DNA of 64,000 nt, from assembly GCF_009914755.1 (NCBI RefSeq), contig NC_060927.1, one strand, 5' to 3'. The position numbers and the translations under genes are program-made. Below are positions 32,195-45,679 of the stretch, one piece after another. The DNA comes from the human T2T-CHM13v2.0 reference genome, Homo sapiens. Under the pieces are notes generated by a model that saw only the letters and a program-made list of their open reading frames with translations, ran no database searches and was not told the DNA's origin. Position 1 is the stretch's first letter. Each line of letters begins with the position of its first letter.

Positions 32195-32331
32195 TTTTAT
32201 TAATTTTTTTGTAGAGGTGGGGTCTTGCTATATTGCCCTAGCTGGTTTCAAACTCCCAGCCTCAAGTGATCTTCCCACCTTGGCCTCCCAAAGTGCTGGG
32301 ATTACAGGGGTCAGCCACGACAGCCAACAGC
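32195..32331 (-). mobile_element. FLAM / Alu left monomer inside MLT2
   Basis: TTTTTGTAGAGGTGGGGTCTTGC...CCCAAAGTGCTGGGATTACAGG. Confidence 0.85.
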
Positions 32332-32355
32332 CAATAGTCAATTTCTTACAGTAAA

Positions 32356-32399
<44 letters not shown>
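32356..32399. repeat. (TATC)11 tetranucleotide STR
   Basis: Read directly from sequence. Confidence 0.97.
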
Positions 32400-32400
<1 letters not shown>

Positions 32401-33478
32401 GTCTATCATCTATTGAATCTCCTATTAAATCTCCTGTTAGTGCTGGAGAACCCTGACTAATACAGCCATTATAAAAATCTGTTGGTCAGGAAAAACTTAA
32501 TAGATATATGGCAGTGAGTGAGAGTGTCTCTCGATAGAGTCTTAGCATGGTTTGAGAATGAGAAATAAGAAGAAGTTATTTCTTGAGTTTGAAAGTCTGA
32601 GCTGGGCAATCTTAAGGCAGGCCTTGGAAGGAGAACTTACAGGAATTTGTCAAAGTTTAGGACATAATAGCTTTGGATCTGTAGATACAGCAAGGTGAGG
32701 ATCTCCAAGAGAATCTGGATGAACAAGCTGTTAATCTTGGTAAGTAAACTCTTTAGTTAATACAGTCTTATCTTATAGTAGCAGATGTTTTATGGAGCAA
32801 TAAGCTAAGTTATTTTGCTTGATCCCAGCATTGTTTAACACAGGGACAAGAAAGTATGCCTGGCCCAAGCATTAGCATGGTGTAGGGAATTATGTTAGTT
32901 TAAATTTATTGACTTTATATTGGACCTTGCAAATCAGTAATTATACAATAGAGGACTAAAATTCTTAATTGCCATTTATTAAAAACAGTTGAATGTGCAA
33001 TTGTAAGATCTATTTTTTCTTCCATAATAAGAAGACAGATTAGCTTTTATTTTCATGTATCACATATCAAATATTAGTGATTCTATTGATGTTTCCAGCT
33101 AATATGATATTTTAAGTCATAGTATAACATTTTAATACATGAATTCCTTATTTAATTGTGCTGTAACCAAATGTCAAACCTCTTTGAAGTTTGCACATAC
33201 TGAGTTAATTTTGAAGCATATTCATTAAGACCTTGATTTAAAATAGTGTAAATGCTGATAGGCAAAGAAATATATAAAGTTTACTGAAAAAATATTTCTT
33301 AATAAAATAATATAATTTTCATGTTACCAGAAAGAGAACAGAATGTAAAATAAAACCTGTAAGCCTAAAATACCAACCTATTAAATACAAATAATATTTT
33401 GTATATAATATCACTGGGCACAAATATCTTGAATTAATATTAAAAATTTTAATAGTAAAAGAAAAATTATCCTTAAAT

Positions 33479-33729
33479 TATAGGTGGGAATTGAATAATG
33501 AGAACACACGGACACAGGAAGGGGAACATCACACACTGGGGCCTGTTGTGGGGTGCGGGGAGTGGGGAGGGATAGCATTAGGAGATATACCTAATGTAAA
33601 TGATGAGTTAATGGGTGCAGCACACCAACATGGCACATGTATACATATGTAACAAACCTGCACGTTGTGCACATGTACCCTAAAACTTAAAGTATAATAA
33701 TAATAAAATTAAAAAAAAAGAAAAAAAAA
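33479..33729 (+). mobile_element. Severely 5'-truncated L1PA (3' UTR only, ~250 bp)
   Basis: L1PA 3' UTR + poly(A); 18-bp TSD GAAAAAT(T/C)ATCCTTAAAT at 33461-33478 and 33730-33747. Confidence 0.96.
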
Positions 33730-34960
33730 GAAAAATCATCCTTAAATGTTTGTTCAATGGAAGGAAGAAATGGATAATTTTACAGACATGTAGCCATTAC
33801 AATTATGTTCATGCAAATGTTTCAATTATGTAAACTTGTGTATGGGATAACTCAAGTGTAATGAAACCAGCAAATCATATTTGCTGTATATATAATCTTG
33901 TGGAAGACATTATCAGTTGCCTCCCAAATATCTAATTTATTCCATTTTACTTGCACTGATATTTGAGGGGGAGAAATGCCACCTAAACACAATCCTGGCC
34001 CAAATTTCTTTAAGATACAGGTGGCCAAATGATATTCTGCTATGGATTTCTGGGAAACTTTTGTTTTATTGACCTAAGTACTGTTCCATCCTCTTTGATG
34101 CTTCCTTCTTCTTTCTGGGTGTAATACAGGGAGCATATCTTGCCAGTATGAGGTTGCCATGAAGATACAGCTGTAATGTAAGGATGCAGGAGTAGGAAAA
34201 ACAAAGGGCATGGTCCCTGTAGGTACTATAGCAGCCATGGACTGCCTGTCTCTGTATTGCTTATTGTGCTAAAACAAACAAAAACAATAGTGGAAAAAAA
34301 AAAGAAAACATTTGGGAAGAAAACACCTTCTTGTTAATTAAGCCCTTGTAATCGGTTTTTACTGCATGCTGCAGAACACAATTCTCAGCTGCCACACATC
34401 TCAATTCTGCTAAAAATGAAGTAAATAAGTGAAAGATAGCAAACCAAATATTAATTGTAGTAATTTATGCATGTTGTAGTTGTTGATAAATTTAAAGCTG
34501 CTATTCTGTCTGTGCTACAAATTTTTAAGCACGTGCAGTGATTGTATGTTTATTTTATCATCGGAAAAATGAAATAATTGTATTTATCTATATTGAAAGT
34601 GAAAATCCCTTTTAAAGGAGATTTATAGAGTCACAAGTTTAATGTGCCTATATATTTTCATGACACATGTACCAGACATGCACATAAAAGAAATAAAGAA
34701 TGCTGATATTTTATGTGCAGAAGAAAAGTTTATTAGGACACTAATATGCCTTTTAGACATACTAGGAGTCTGCACAGTCTAACAACTATATGAACAAAGA
34801 AATTTCAACAAATTTAAGCAGAAAAGCTGTGATGTTTCTGTTTCTTTCATAGGCTGTTTACAAACTTTAATTCAATATACAGACTTACAGCACATCGTAT
34901 TTAGCAACACCCATGGAAAATTAATAAGTTTTCCTAAGTGTATGTGAGTGTGTTGGCAAG

Positions 34961-35343
34961 TGTATTAGTCCATTCTCACATTTCTCTACAGAGCTACCTG
35001 AGACTGGTTAGTTTATACAGAAAAGTTTAATGGACTCACAGTTTTGCAGGATGTACGGGAGGCATGGCTGGGGAGGCCTCAGGAAACTTACCATCATGGC
35101 AAAAGACGAAGCAAGCACATCTTCACATGGCTACAGGAGAGAGAGCTAAAGGGGAGGTGATGCACGGTTTTAAACAACCAGATCTCGTGAGAACTCAATC
35201 ATGAAACAACACTAGGGGGATGGCGCTAACCCATTAGAAACCACTCCCATGATATAATTACCTCCCATCAGGCCCCACCTCCAACATTGGGAATAACAGT
35301 TCAACATGAGGTTTGAGTTGGGACACACCACCAAACTGTATCA
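34961..35343 (-). mobile_element. MSTA-like MaLR solo LTR
   Basis: TG...CA termini, 5-bp TSD GCAAG on both sides. Confidence 0.92.
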
Positions 35344-35791
35344 GCAAGGTGAAGAGAAAGGGCTGTTGTTATATGGATCGGCCCTTTGTGATCAGAAATT
35401 GTTCACAAAATAGTTCAAAGCGTTAGAGGTGGTTCTTTTAAAAGTTCTTTCTTTGGTTAATGAGTCAGTCTCTTGTAGTGTTAATATTTATGAAATGAAA
35501 CATGTTTTGGTTTCTGTTATGAACTGAAAATTTAAATGAGAGAGTCTATAAGTTATCCCAAGCATTCTGGTGAGGATTTCCTTATTTTCATTTCTGTCTT
35601 CCCTCCCCAACCCCCTGTAATTTGGTAGCAAGATAAATAAATGGATTTTATGGTTTCAATGAATTGGTTTTTAATGTCAAAAATGTTTGAGGAAATTACA
35701 TGGTTCTAAAGTGTAAGATATTCAAAACTGAGGTAAGTAAAAGACATGTAAGAAACTTTTTATGGAGATTTATTTATTTTTTGTTCCATAG

Positions 35792-35883
35792 ATCATTCAA
35801 CAACAGTGGCTGGGCCACTGTGGCTATCACATCACTTCATTAGCATTGCAGGAGGTTAAACAATCAAATTGAGATCTTTTTCT
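35792..35883 (+). other. Candidate spliced exon (92 nt)
   Basis: TTTATTTTTTGTTCCATAG| acceptor; TCT|GTAAGT donor. Confidence 0.35.
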
Positions 35884-36139
35884 GTAAGTGTTCATTGTAG
35901 TTCTAGAGACCAGACCAATAGGAGACCAATAGTTTATATAAATGTCAGAGCTAGAAGAATGCTCACTGCTCACTCATTCTATTCCCTTTATTTTACAGAT
36001 GAGGAAACTAAACGACTCCAAACAAAAAGAAGTCCTCTAATTTCCCCCAACACGTCAATTTTTTTTTTTTAACCTCAGGACCTGAACACATTTTTATTTG
36101 CTAGGACACATCCTGACTTGCTTAAATAACTCTAAACTT

Positions 36140-36410
36140 ATCATCTTCTTCCAGGATTTCCTGCACCAAACAAATCTGGATTAGGCTTCCTTCTTCATTC
36201 ACTCAGGGAAACCTGTACATCATTTCTTGTGTCAGTCACCATGCTGAGTCATAACTATTATTTTACATTTCTTTGTGGCTCTCTAATTGTAAAGTAATTG
36301 AGGGTGAGCAAGAACTAGGTCTCCTTTTGTTCATCATGGCTCCAGTATACAGCAAAATAGCTTACACACAGTAGGTGATCAAAAATGTTTATACGTTGAA
36401 TGAATGACTT
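36140..36410 (+). mobile_element. LINE-2 3' end relic
   Basis: ...ACACAGTAGGTGATCAAAAATGTTT...TGAATGAATGA typical L2 tail. Confidence 0.6.
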
Positions 36411-37896
36411 GCTGAAATTTATCAATTAAATGTGTAATTTAGTAAACGATGTTTGTCAAACATACACATACCTACATATAAAAGCGAAACATGTATTTCT
36501 GTTTAGGGATTATTACAATATAGGTGAAAAAAAAAGCAGAATAGTTCTAGTTTAGAAGAAATTGTGGCTGTTTCTTTTGTTTGTAAGTAGCCAGGAAAAC
36601 AATATATTAATTTTGTTCAAAAGTATAAAATTTAAGTTTCCCAAGAAACACTGCAGTTCTGTGATAACAATGCTTTTCCCAGAAATAATGATGAATAAAC
36701 TATTGCATTCACACAATTAAATTCTAAGCTGCAATGGGGGTAAATGAACTATACCTACATGTAATACTACAGATGAATCTCATAAAAATGATGGTGACAG
36801 AAAAAAGCAAGAAAATTAAAAGTATATATTTATAATTGCACTTATAATACTCTTCAAAAATAAATAGGCAAAACTTATCTGTGATGTTGGAAATCGGCTT
36901 AGTAGTTTACCTTTATGGGAGTAGTGATTGGGTAGAGGTAACAAGATGTTTCTGTGGTGCTGACCCCAGTCACCTTCTTCCTATAGGTTCTGGTTTCATA
37001 GGTCTTCATTTTATATACATTTATTGTGACATATGTGATAATTTGTTTACTACCTTGTGTATATTTTATTTCAAATAAAACTACATACACATGCCCTCAC
37101 TCCCCTAAAACTCAAATTTAAGGACCCAGGCCACGGTGCTGGCCAATGAAATAATGAGTTACAATTTACATACACACATAGGCATTGGTTTATACTCACT
37201 GGTGGGGATCTATGAATAAATGTCTCAGTTTTTCCGGCAACTCATGAGACTATGGCATTGTGAAGTGGAGTTCACTTAACACATGCTTTATTGGTTTTTC
37301 TACCTACATGCCTCCTTTTCTCCACTTCCTCCTGTGTGTTTTCCTGAATCACTTCCTAATAGAATAGCTACACCAAAGGCCTTGCCTTAGTGCCTGCTTC
37401 GCAGGGAACACAATGATACTCTTCTAACACATATTGTCATTTGGGAATTTTTTAAGTTATAAATTTGTCTTTTCCATTTTCCTCTGAATTTCATGGACAT
37501 AGAGCTTTGCCAGATGTGTAAATCATAAGAGAATGTTGAATCCTACCTCCTTTCAGCATTTTTATGAAGATGTCTAGACAGAATGATTAAATACGAGAAG
37601 TACTTGCTTTTCACAATATTTTTCCGCTCCTTGTCCAGGATGAGTGCCTGTAAATAAATTTTTAGTGACTTTCCTCAATGTTAAGATATATTAATATTTC
37701 CAGGAACCTGTTTTTAAAATGCCAGAGATGATCCATTAGTATATTATCAGTTGTTATTATCTTAGTCACACACAAATGTTTTCAACTTGACACAAAGCTC
37801 TTGAGAGGAGGACCTGTTCAATGACAAGTTCACAGGGAAGCCTTCCACTTTTTCTCTCTTCTTTACACCTGTATAGGCATCATGTTTTAAAGCCAC

Positions 37897-38285
37897 AGTA
37901 TTATTTTGCTAAGACTGCCAGAGGTACCACAGACCAGATGGCTTAACCAACATAAATTTATCTTCTCACAGCTCTGGAGGCTAGAAGTCCAAAATCAAGG
38001 TGTCAGCAGATTTAGCTTCTTCTGAGGCTTCTCTCCTTGGCTTCTCTTGTGTCCTCAGGTGGCCTTTCCTCTGTGCATATATTTTTCAGGTGCCTTTCTG
38101 TATATCCTAATATCTACTTCTCATAAAGACACCAGTAAGGTTGCATCAATGCAAACCCTAAGGGCTTTGTTTAACTTAACTACCTCTGTAAAGTCCCTTT
38201 ATCCAACTGGAGTAACATTCTGAGGTGATGGGGGTTAGGACTTCAACATAAAAATTGAGAGAAGACAAAAATTCATCCCATAACA
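37897..38285 (-). mobile_element. MLT1 (MaLR) solo LTR
   Basis: TCTCACAGCTCTGGAGGCTAGAAGTCCAAAATCAAGGTGTCAGCAG...; TSD-like GCCAC/ACCAC. Confidence 0.88.
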
Positions 38286-41200
38286 ACCACTTTGGCTCTA
38301 GAAAATACAATAGTAGAGTCCACTGACAGGAAACAAGGAGGAAAGCTGGCCATTTCTGTCACTCAGCAGACAGAAATGAGATGGTAGGATCTTCCCAGGC
38401 TAAATACAAGCAAAGGTGAGGTGACGTATGCAAAGCAGAAATTCTCATCAGCGATAAGTAGTGAGATTTTTCTGGAGTTCGATGCCACCTGTGCTGTTTT
38501 GGTTTGGCTGCCAGAAAGTGTACCAATTTAGTCAAAGAAGGGCACATCATATTACAAAGGTACTCGTTGGTTTTTCAGTTTGTTATTGCAGAGTCTTTAG
38601 AAACGGACTCTACTGGGACTTGTGGTTCTGCATCTATCCCTAACTAGTTCCAATATTGTACCTGTTACTTAGTCTCTTGATTCTTTATCTGGGAACTGAG
38701 GATAATATTTCTCTTGAAGGATTCATGTGAGGTATAAATGAGACGATGCATATACATTACCAAACAAATAGTAGGCCTTGATATATGCTCAATCAACCTT
38801 TATGTCCTTTGCTCACATTATCTCTATGTTCACATGTCCTGAGAAAATACTTCATAAGCCATGTAAGTTTTGAAATGGTGGAGAAGGCTGAAGCAATAGA
38901 AAATTTGGGTGGCCAGGAGCAGGAGAATACTTAGGAGGTTGGCAAAATAAAGTATTCAGAAACCTAAGGGTAGATAGGCAGAGATTAAATAGAAATTTAG
39001 AATTTTAAAATCCTATCCTTGGCTAATGTGTTGCATATGTAAAGGGCATTGGCAGAAATGACATTGTTTATAGAACCTAGTAATAGTAACTAATCAGGCT
39101 TCAGAAGATGAATTAAAGGAATACTTGTTCCCCTTCAGAGAACACTGGTTTATTCATTGCTCTGTATGCCACCTCAATATTGTATAGTAAACTGGAAGGT
39201 CAAAATGAGCATCTTTTTAAGGAGTTCTGCGCTTGTTTGTTGATACTTCTTCTAATTGCTTACTTTCTGTACTTTTCTAGGCATTTGCCTAATGGATTTG
39301 GGATATTGACAATTGTAGAGCCATGGATTTGAGCTGTGCAGTGTAAACACCTAAATGTTTGTTTGTTCTGTGCACACACTAAGAAAGTAAACGTGGATGT
39401 CTTTTAAAATCATGAACAACTACCATAGAAAAACTCAGGTTAAAGCAGAGTCTAAATCATTCTCTAAAATAGCAGAACAAACAGGCACAAAGCTTACTGG
39501 TGCTTGGCCATTTTTACATTGACTACGGCCATGTAATTCCCAAAATATTGCTCCTTCAGTATTGTGTGCCCTCTGACATATCACCATTTCCTATCTTAGC
39601 AATACTTTAAATAATATAACTAACTCAATGGTTAAACCTCTGAAAATTTGTTTTTTTAAACAAGTTTTATTGTTAATTGCCTAAGACCTGCCGATTTAGA
39701 GTATGCTAAGTAAAGTTCAAAAGCTGAATGGTTTCTTTTCTATTTCTTGTTGCTTGTGGCTCGTTAAATTAGAGTGTAGGAGAAACTGTGACATAACAAA
39801 GGCACACAAAAATGGACTGGAAAATCATAAGGAAGAAAGATGTGATGACGGCTATAAAAGGCTGGGAAAGATGATACCAAGGACAAGGATAACAGGATGG
39901 GAAAACAAGTGAAAAAAGAGATTATCACACTATTAGGGGCTCCTTTTCTTTGTCATCATTACCAGCTTCTCTCAAAGTAAATGGCTTCCGAATAGTATAT
40001 ATATATATATATATCTTTGAGGATGTATTTATGCACAACTCTGCCCTGAAATTCTGCTGGTTCATTTAAACAGGCATATTTTTGTGTACATCGTGTTCAA
40101 GCTTTGCTCACTTAAAAAAAATAAACCTTTACAGGTATCGAGAAACTCACGCCGTATAACACTAATGACTTTAAAAACAAGCTCTATCCATCTCACTACA
40201 ATAATCACTGTTCCATTATTAATTTTAAAAACCCTTCAAATTAATCATGAAAATTCCCATTTAGAAAAGTCTCCTTGACTTTTGTTTTACATTAGTAGTT
40301 TTTGGCCAAAGGTATGAATTATGTAATAAACCTATATAGTACTTATTAGTACAGCTAACAGCAACAGCACACCCTTCTTCACAAAAATACAAATATCTTT
40401 TAAAATTTTAAATTTCTGTGTTTTCAGAGTGCATAAATTTGACCTTGTTAAGTCCAAAAATATCCTTTTGATCCACCCTTTGAGGATGAATAAGTAGTAT
40501 AAGTTCATCATGTAGTGTACTTATTTGAAAGTGTACTTTAGTTCCACAAAATAATTTTAGGGATCAGGCTAAGATATCATCTTCCATTACCCATCTACTG
40601 TCTACCTATCATCTAATCGATCTCATCTGTCTGCCTTTTATCTATTCATAAGATGTATATTCCCACTTTCATCAAAATCTGATTTGAATATGGGCATACC
40701 TGTCTGATTTTTGTTTTGTTTTGTTTTTGGCTACACATTCAAAAACATGATGAGGAATGTTAATCTATCTTGTTCTGTTTTGAAGTTTTTCTTAGCCATT
40801 AGTGGCAGTGTTTTTGTTTTTGTTTTTGTTTTTGTTTTTAACTATACAGGGTACACATCTTGAAGGAATGCTGCAAAGACTGGTGATGAAATGCTTGACA
40901 GCTGTTAGAGTTGAGCAGGTCATATTTTTCTTTTAAAAAAGAAACCAGAGCAGCGATTCTTCCCTTACTGCTCAGTGTCTTTTCATGATTTAAGTTACCT
41001 GCCATCACAAGAGAAATTTGACATTGTTGGAGTAGTGGACTTTTCATGTTCTTTCATTTTATTTTATTTTTATATTTTTTGCCAAGTAATGTTCAGAGCC
41101 CCCTTTGTTGTTCTTATTGTTTAGGTGAGGCTCTATAAGCAGCAGAAGAGAAAGTGGAATTAAGAGTAAAATCTTGACTTATTCTATTTGTTTGCTTTCT

Positions 41201-42689
41201 CTCAATAAAGTATATTAGGTTGGGAAAGAGTAAAATTTAAAATGATTAAAAAACCTATATTAAACTTTCTTTTACAATGAAATTATGTACAGTTCATTTG
41301 GATAATATTAGATCACTAAGAACTTAGGCATGAATACATTCCATCAGTGCACTGGTTAGTAAACCTTTGTCATAAATAAGGTTGGCAAATTATCCTGGTC
41401 ATAAGCAAATAAGGAGTAAGGATGAGGTATTTTACTTAATTACTTTTGTTCTCTTTCCCTGGCATAAATATGTAACTGAGAGGTAATCACACAAAATATA
41501 TAGTTGTATTTTTGTGTGTTTGCTTTTAAACATTGTATTTTCAGGGTTGTCAACATAGAACATAGCTTCTTTAGAGTCAAGCAGTTTTGTTGTGAGCCAA
41601 AGGTTACCTTAAGCCATGAAATAGTATATTTGAATAAACAATTCATGAATGTAGTTTATCTTTTTATACTTCCCTAAATGTATGAATTGTTTAAGTATCT
41701 GCCCATAAACCCTTGACTCTGCTCTCTATACTCTCTTTGCAATGAAATCTACTCCCAAATATTCATGATGCTGTGAGCTATCATAATTCCTGGAACCTTC
41801 TGATTTCACCTACAGTTGCCTCTGAAGCAAGCAGGACTGCCTGCTTCAATGTCTCTGAAACAGTTGAGCAGAGGATTGATACATGTGAATGGGCTTCTGG
41901 TCTCAAACAGAGTTCTTCTGTATAGAACACACCACAGATTTGTCATTGTCCCTCTACAAAATATCTCATTATTTATCTTCCTATCTCTGCTGTGATACAT
42001 GTATGTAAAAATTGCAAAACATCTCAATGATGTTTATGCCCCCCAGAAGGTACTGTGTGAGCATAAACATCAAGAAGATGAGATATTCTTTGAAAAGAAA
42101 GGGGAATAAGAATTTATAGATTATCTCTGGGCAGATTAGAAGAACATATCTTCATAATTTTACAAAAATCAAAGCTGTCCCTCAGCCCAAAGCTGCATAC
42201 ATTCCGTGTTCTCTCTCACAAATCGTGCTTATCCTGACAAATTGGTCTTCTAGTCTTTCACTTTAAATTAAATATCTAAAACCTCAAAAATCTGAATTCC
42301 TTTTAAAAGACATGATTTGACCATAGCCCCATCACTGTCTCACCAAACATCTGACTCACTTATTCATAAATATTGCATGATATAAAGTCTAAAACTAGAA
42401 CTTAACCTTCTTTTAGTCGATTAAAAATACACTTCTTCAAATAGCAGGGAGTCAACCAAGTAAAGTAATTAAAATATGTAAATGAATCATTTTGCTGTTT
42501 GAACAAGTGTAGTGAACAGAAAGAAAAAGATAGAAGATTGCATTTGGAGAGACTCTCTAAAAGAAGGACCATTTCTAATTTTAGTCTTTATGTTGTGCCT
42601 CTTGCCTGTCATGGCAGATTTTATTCATCTAAATAACTGCAACACCATCTCCCACCCCACATGTTCTTCTAACAGTGTGACTCCTCACT

Positions 42690-43140
42690 TCTCTCACTGA
42701 GAATCGACGTCTGTATTTTCTTTAAATGCATCTGGATGGAAACATAATTGCTCTCATCAAGAGAGTACAGCAAGAGTGGTGCTATGTGACTTATAAAACT
42801 AGGTAATAAAAGGAATAAAAGATCCACAGGATTCTTTCCTGTGAAACTTGCACTGGGAACCAAACCACCATACTCTCACGAAGCCCAAGCTAGCCCATGA
42901 TGATAGACCACAGAGAGAAACTGAGGTGCCAGCCAGCCACCGTCATCCACCAAACATATGAGTGAACAAAGCTTTTGAGTATACCACCTGAGGGCCCAGC
43001 CAACGTGGAATAAAGACAAAGCATCCCTGTTGTGCCCTGTCCAAATTCCTGGTCCTAGGAGTCCCTGAGTACCATAATTTGTTATTCTATGCCATTAATT
43101 TTGGGGGTAATTTCTTATATAGCCACAGTAACTGGAATAT
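42690..43140 (+). mobile_element. Old MLT1-type LTR relic
   Basis: 3' end ...GCCATTAATTTTGGGGGTAATTTCTTATATAGCC...AACTGGAATA. Confidence 0.55.
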
Positions 43141-43346
43141 CTACTTTCTCTTGAGTGAGGCATGAGAAGAAATGAAGAGAGTCAAGTCATTGGCTGACCT
43201 TACATTTAGTTTGACTAAATATGCATTTAGAACTAGGTGTCAGATATTTTTATTTGATATGTACATTTATTTCTAATTATATTTTAAACAAAACAAAACT
43301 AAACTTAAAATCAATGAAAATCATACTTTTGCATTTACATTTCTAT

Positions 43347-43382
43347 GTGTTTGCGTGTGTGTGTGTGTGTGTGTGCATGTGT
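43347..43382. repeat. (TG)n microsatellite just upstream of the candidate acceptor
   Basis: Read directly from sequence. Confidence 0.93.
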
Positions 43383-43449
43383 GGTTGTTTCCATCTATTC
43401 CCTGATTCATTGGCCCACACTGTATCAAATCTTGGGTCTTTTTGTGCAG

Positions 43450-43575
43450 GTCACGGGATCTCATATATTCTGGCTGTCATTGTCATAATAAGCCACTCTT
43501 GGTCATATGGAAAAGCATTCAGCTGCTCCCTGCCTTTGCTCACAGCGTGTGGTACTCTCTTAGAAGCTATTCCTG
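43450..43575 (+). CDS. Candidate internal exon (126 nt, phase 1-1), open frame xHGISYILAVIVIISHSWSYGKAFSCSLPLLTACGTLLEAIP; uncharacterised, possibly non-coding
   Basis: Acceptor GGGTCTTTTTGTGCAG|G, donor CTG|GTGAGT, length a multiple of 3, no stop in frame; no homology recognised. Confidence 0.4.
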
Positions 43576-45584
43576 GTGAGTATCTGGCTTGCGACTCCCT
43601 GAAGCTCTCTCAGTGCAATTCTGTACTAATCTCCTCTGTGCTAGCGAAAAAGAATATATAGGGCTGACCACACTTTTAATCCTTAATATGACATCTGATT
43701 TAATATGTCTATATGGAATTATGAAAAAAGTATTCGAAATATTTGAGTTACTCATGTTGAGAAAAGATAGAATAATGACTCTTAGGATATATATGGAAGA
43801 AATGTAGAGAATTCACACTTCAAGTGGGATGTAATTTTAGAATAGAATTGTAGAGAGAAATACTACAACTGTTGATATGTATTTAGAGCAAATTTTAGAA
43901 AATTTAAAATGTGACTTAATTTAATTTCATATAACAAATCCCAAATGGGTTTCCTAAAGGTTTTTTTTTTTCTTTTGCCACAAATGGATTTCCCTTTAGA
44001 GTTATGTCAATGGGAATTTTTTTTTCAATGAGTCAAGTAGCAACAATAACGTGCTAACATTTTTTCCTAAATGTCTTTCCTAAATATCTTAATATTTGTA
44101 TGTTGTAGCTGCTGAAATATCTGTCATCAAAGGGACAATAATTCAAATAAGCACAAAGCTTAAACACACATTTTACATATTATTGGATTCTTGGTTTGAA
44201 TGTAAATGTTCTAAACATAGCTTATTGACACAATGGTGCCATAATTAAAAATAGGCAGAAATTATCTATAATGACCAATTTTCTAAAAACATAATTCTTT
44301 TGAAATGATATGTTTTAAATTTTTTACTCAGAGAAACAGTAGAACATTTTAGTTAGTATTGAAAACTTTGGTAAAATTAAACCATATTAAAAATGTTAAG
44401 AGTATCTATTTTATACACATACAAGATTTTGAGGGATGTTTTCAGTGTTTTTTGCCAATTTTAGACAATGTACCAAATGATAGAATTCATAGTAGTTTCA
44501 TAGGAGCTTGACTATGTCTGTGGTTTGCAATGAACACAGATGCATTTATTTTGATATTAGATATTTAAATGCATGCAGTTAATATATTTAAATTTATGAT
44601 TACATATTCAAACTGTATGAAAGCACAAGGTATGTGAAAAGCTTATCTTATACATTTTTTCATTCAACAAACACAATGTCTGGACAGAGATTCTCAATCT
44701 GAGACTGAGTTATTATTGGACAGATGCTTATTGTTTTCTCCATGTAAGACTGATTTTTTCATAGAAATAAAAAAATACTTTCTAATTTGCTCAACTATTT
44801 TGATCTTGTCTTACTTTTCAAAAAGCTTCCTATGAAATGCCTAGTCTTTTTAATTTCTTCTTATGATTTTTATTCTTAATTTTTATATTTATTATTGTTG
44901 TTTTGTTGTAAAAATTGAGCCATCTTGAAGATTATGAATGATTTAAGAAAACAGTTAAATATTAGAATAAATGAATGTATCATCCAACTGTTGTGTCCCA
45001 AGAGTCTAAGAAAGAAAAACAAATCAGGAAATAAGTTACATTACTATTCAATGAGAAGTAATACAAATTTAGATCCATTTAATTTAAAATACTTTTATGT
45101 AAACAATTAAGTGAGAGATGAAAGAGTAATTTTACAAGCACTGTTGACAAATGGTGTAATTAGAAAGAACATGTGTATCAAAGAATGTTCCTTCACTAGA
45201 TCATTTTGAATGCGTAAATGACATTGAAACCATGCATCAAATATTGAAAGAAATAGGATATAATAGCATGAAGGAAAAAGTGAGACTATGTGTATACAAT
45301 AATTTTCTTTTCTATCTTTTTTTTACTATTTATTTACTTATTTGTTTTGAGGATTTCATTCTAAAAGAGAGGATAGGAAATAAAAAAAGAGAACGGAATG
45401 AGGAGAACTGTATATTTACATTTATGTCAACACATTTAAGTTGATAAATTTGAAAACTATAAAATAATTACTGTGTATTTATCAAGTAGTATTCTATCAG
45501 AGAAAAAAATCAAACTGAGTAATATGCAGTAAGAAATTTATGGTGGTAATTGACCTTATCCAATTGTGAAAACTGGTTTTGCAG

Positions 45585-45679
45585 TCCTATTTAGGCAGTT
45601 ATTCCTGCTTCTTGTGTTGGACCTGAAGTCAACAGGGCCAGCAATAGAGAAGAAAGATGATGTGAAGGAGAGCAACTGA
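45585..45679 (+). CDS. Candidate terminal coding segment VLFRQLFLLLVLDLKSTGPAIEKKDDVKESN*
   Basis: Acceptor CTGGTTTTGCAG|TC in phase with the 43575 donor; stop TGA at 45677-45679 is the LTR terminus. Confidence 0.3.

Larger units (their letters stand above)
31779..32464 (+). mobile_element. MLT2 (ERVL) solo LTR containing a FLAM and (TATC)n
   Basis: TGTGATGGTGGATTTTATGTGTTAACTTGACTGGGCC...GGAGAACCCTGACTAATACA. Confidence 0.9.

Noticed and set aside
35733-35791. Intron between GAG|GTAAGT donor and the 35792 acceptor
   Set aside because: 59 nt is shorter than typical human introns; the two sites are unlikely to be joined to each other
43221-43661. 146-aa single-exon ORF (longest non-L1 ORF)
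   Set aside because: Its N-terminal part runs through AT-rich sequence and a (TG)n repeat and crosses strong splice sites; only the internal 126 nt is kept as a candidate exon
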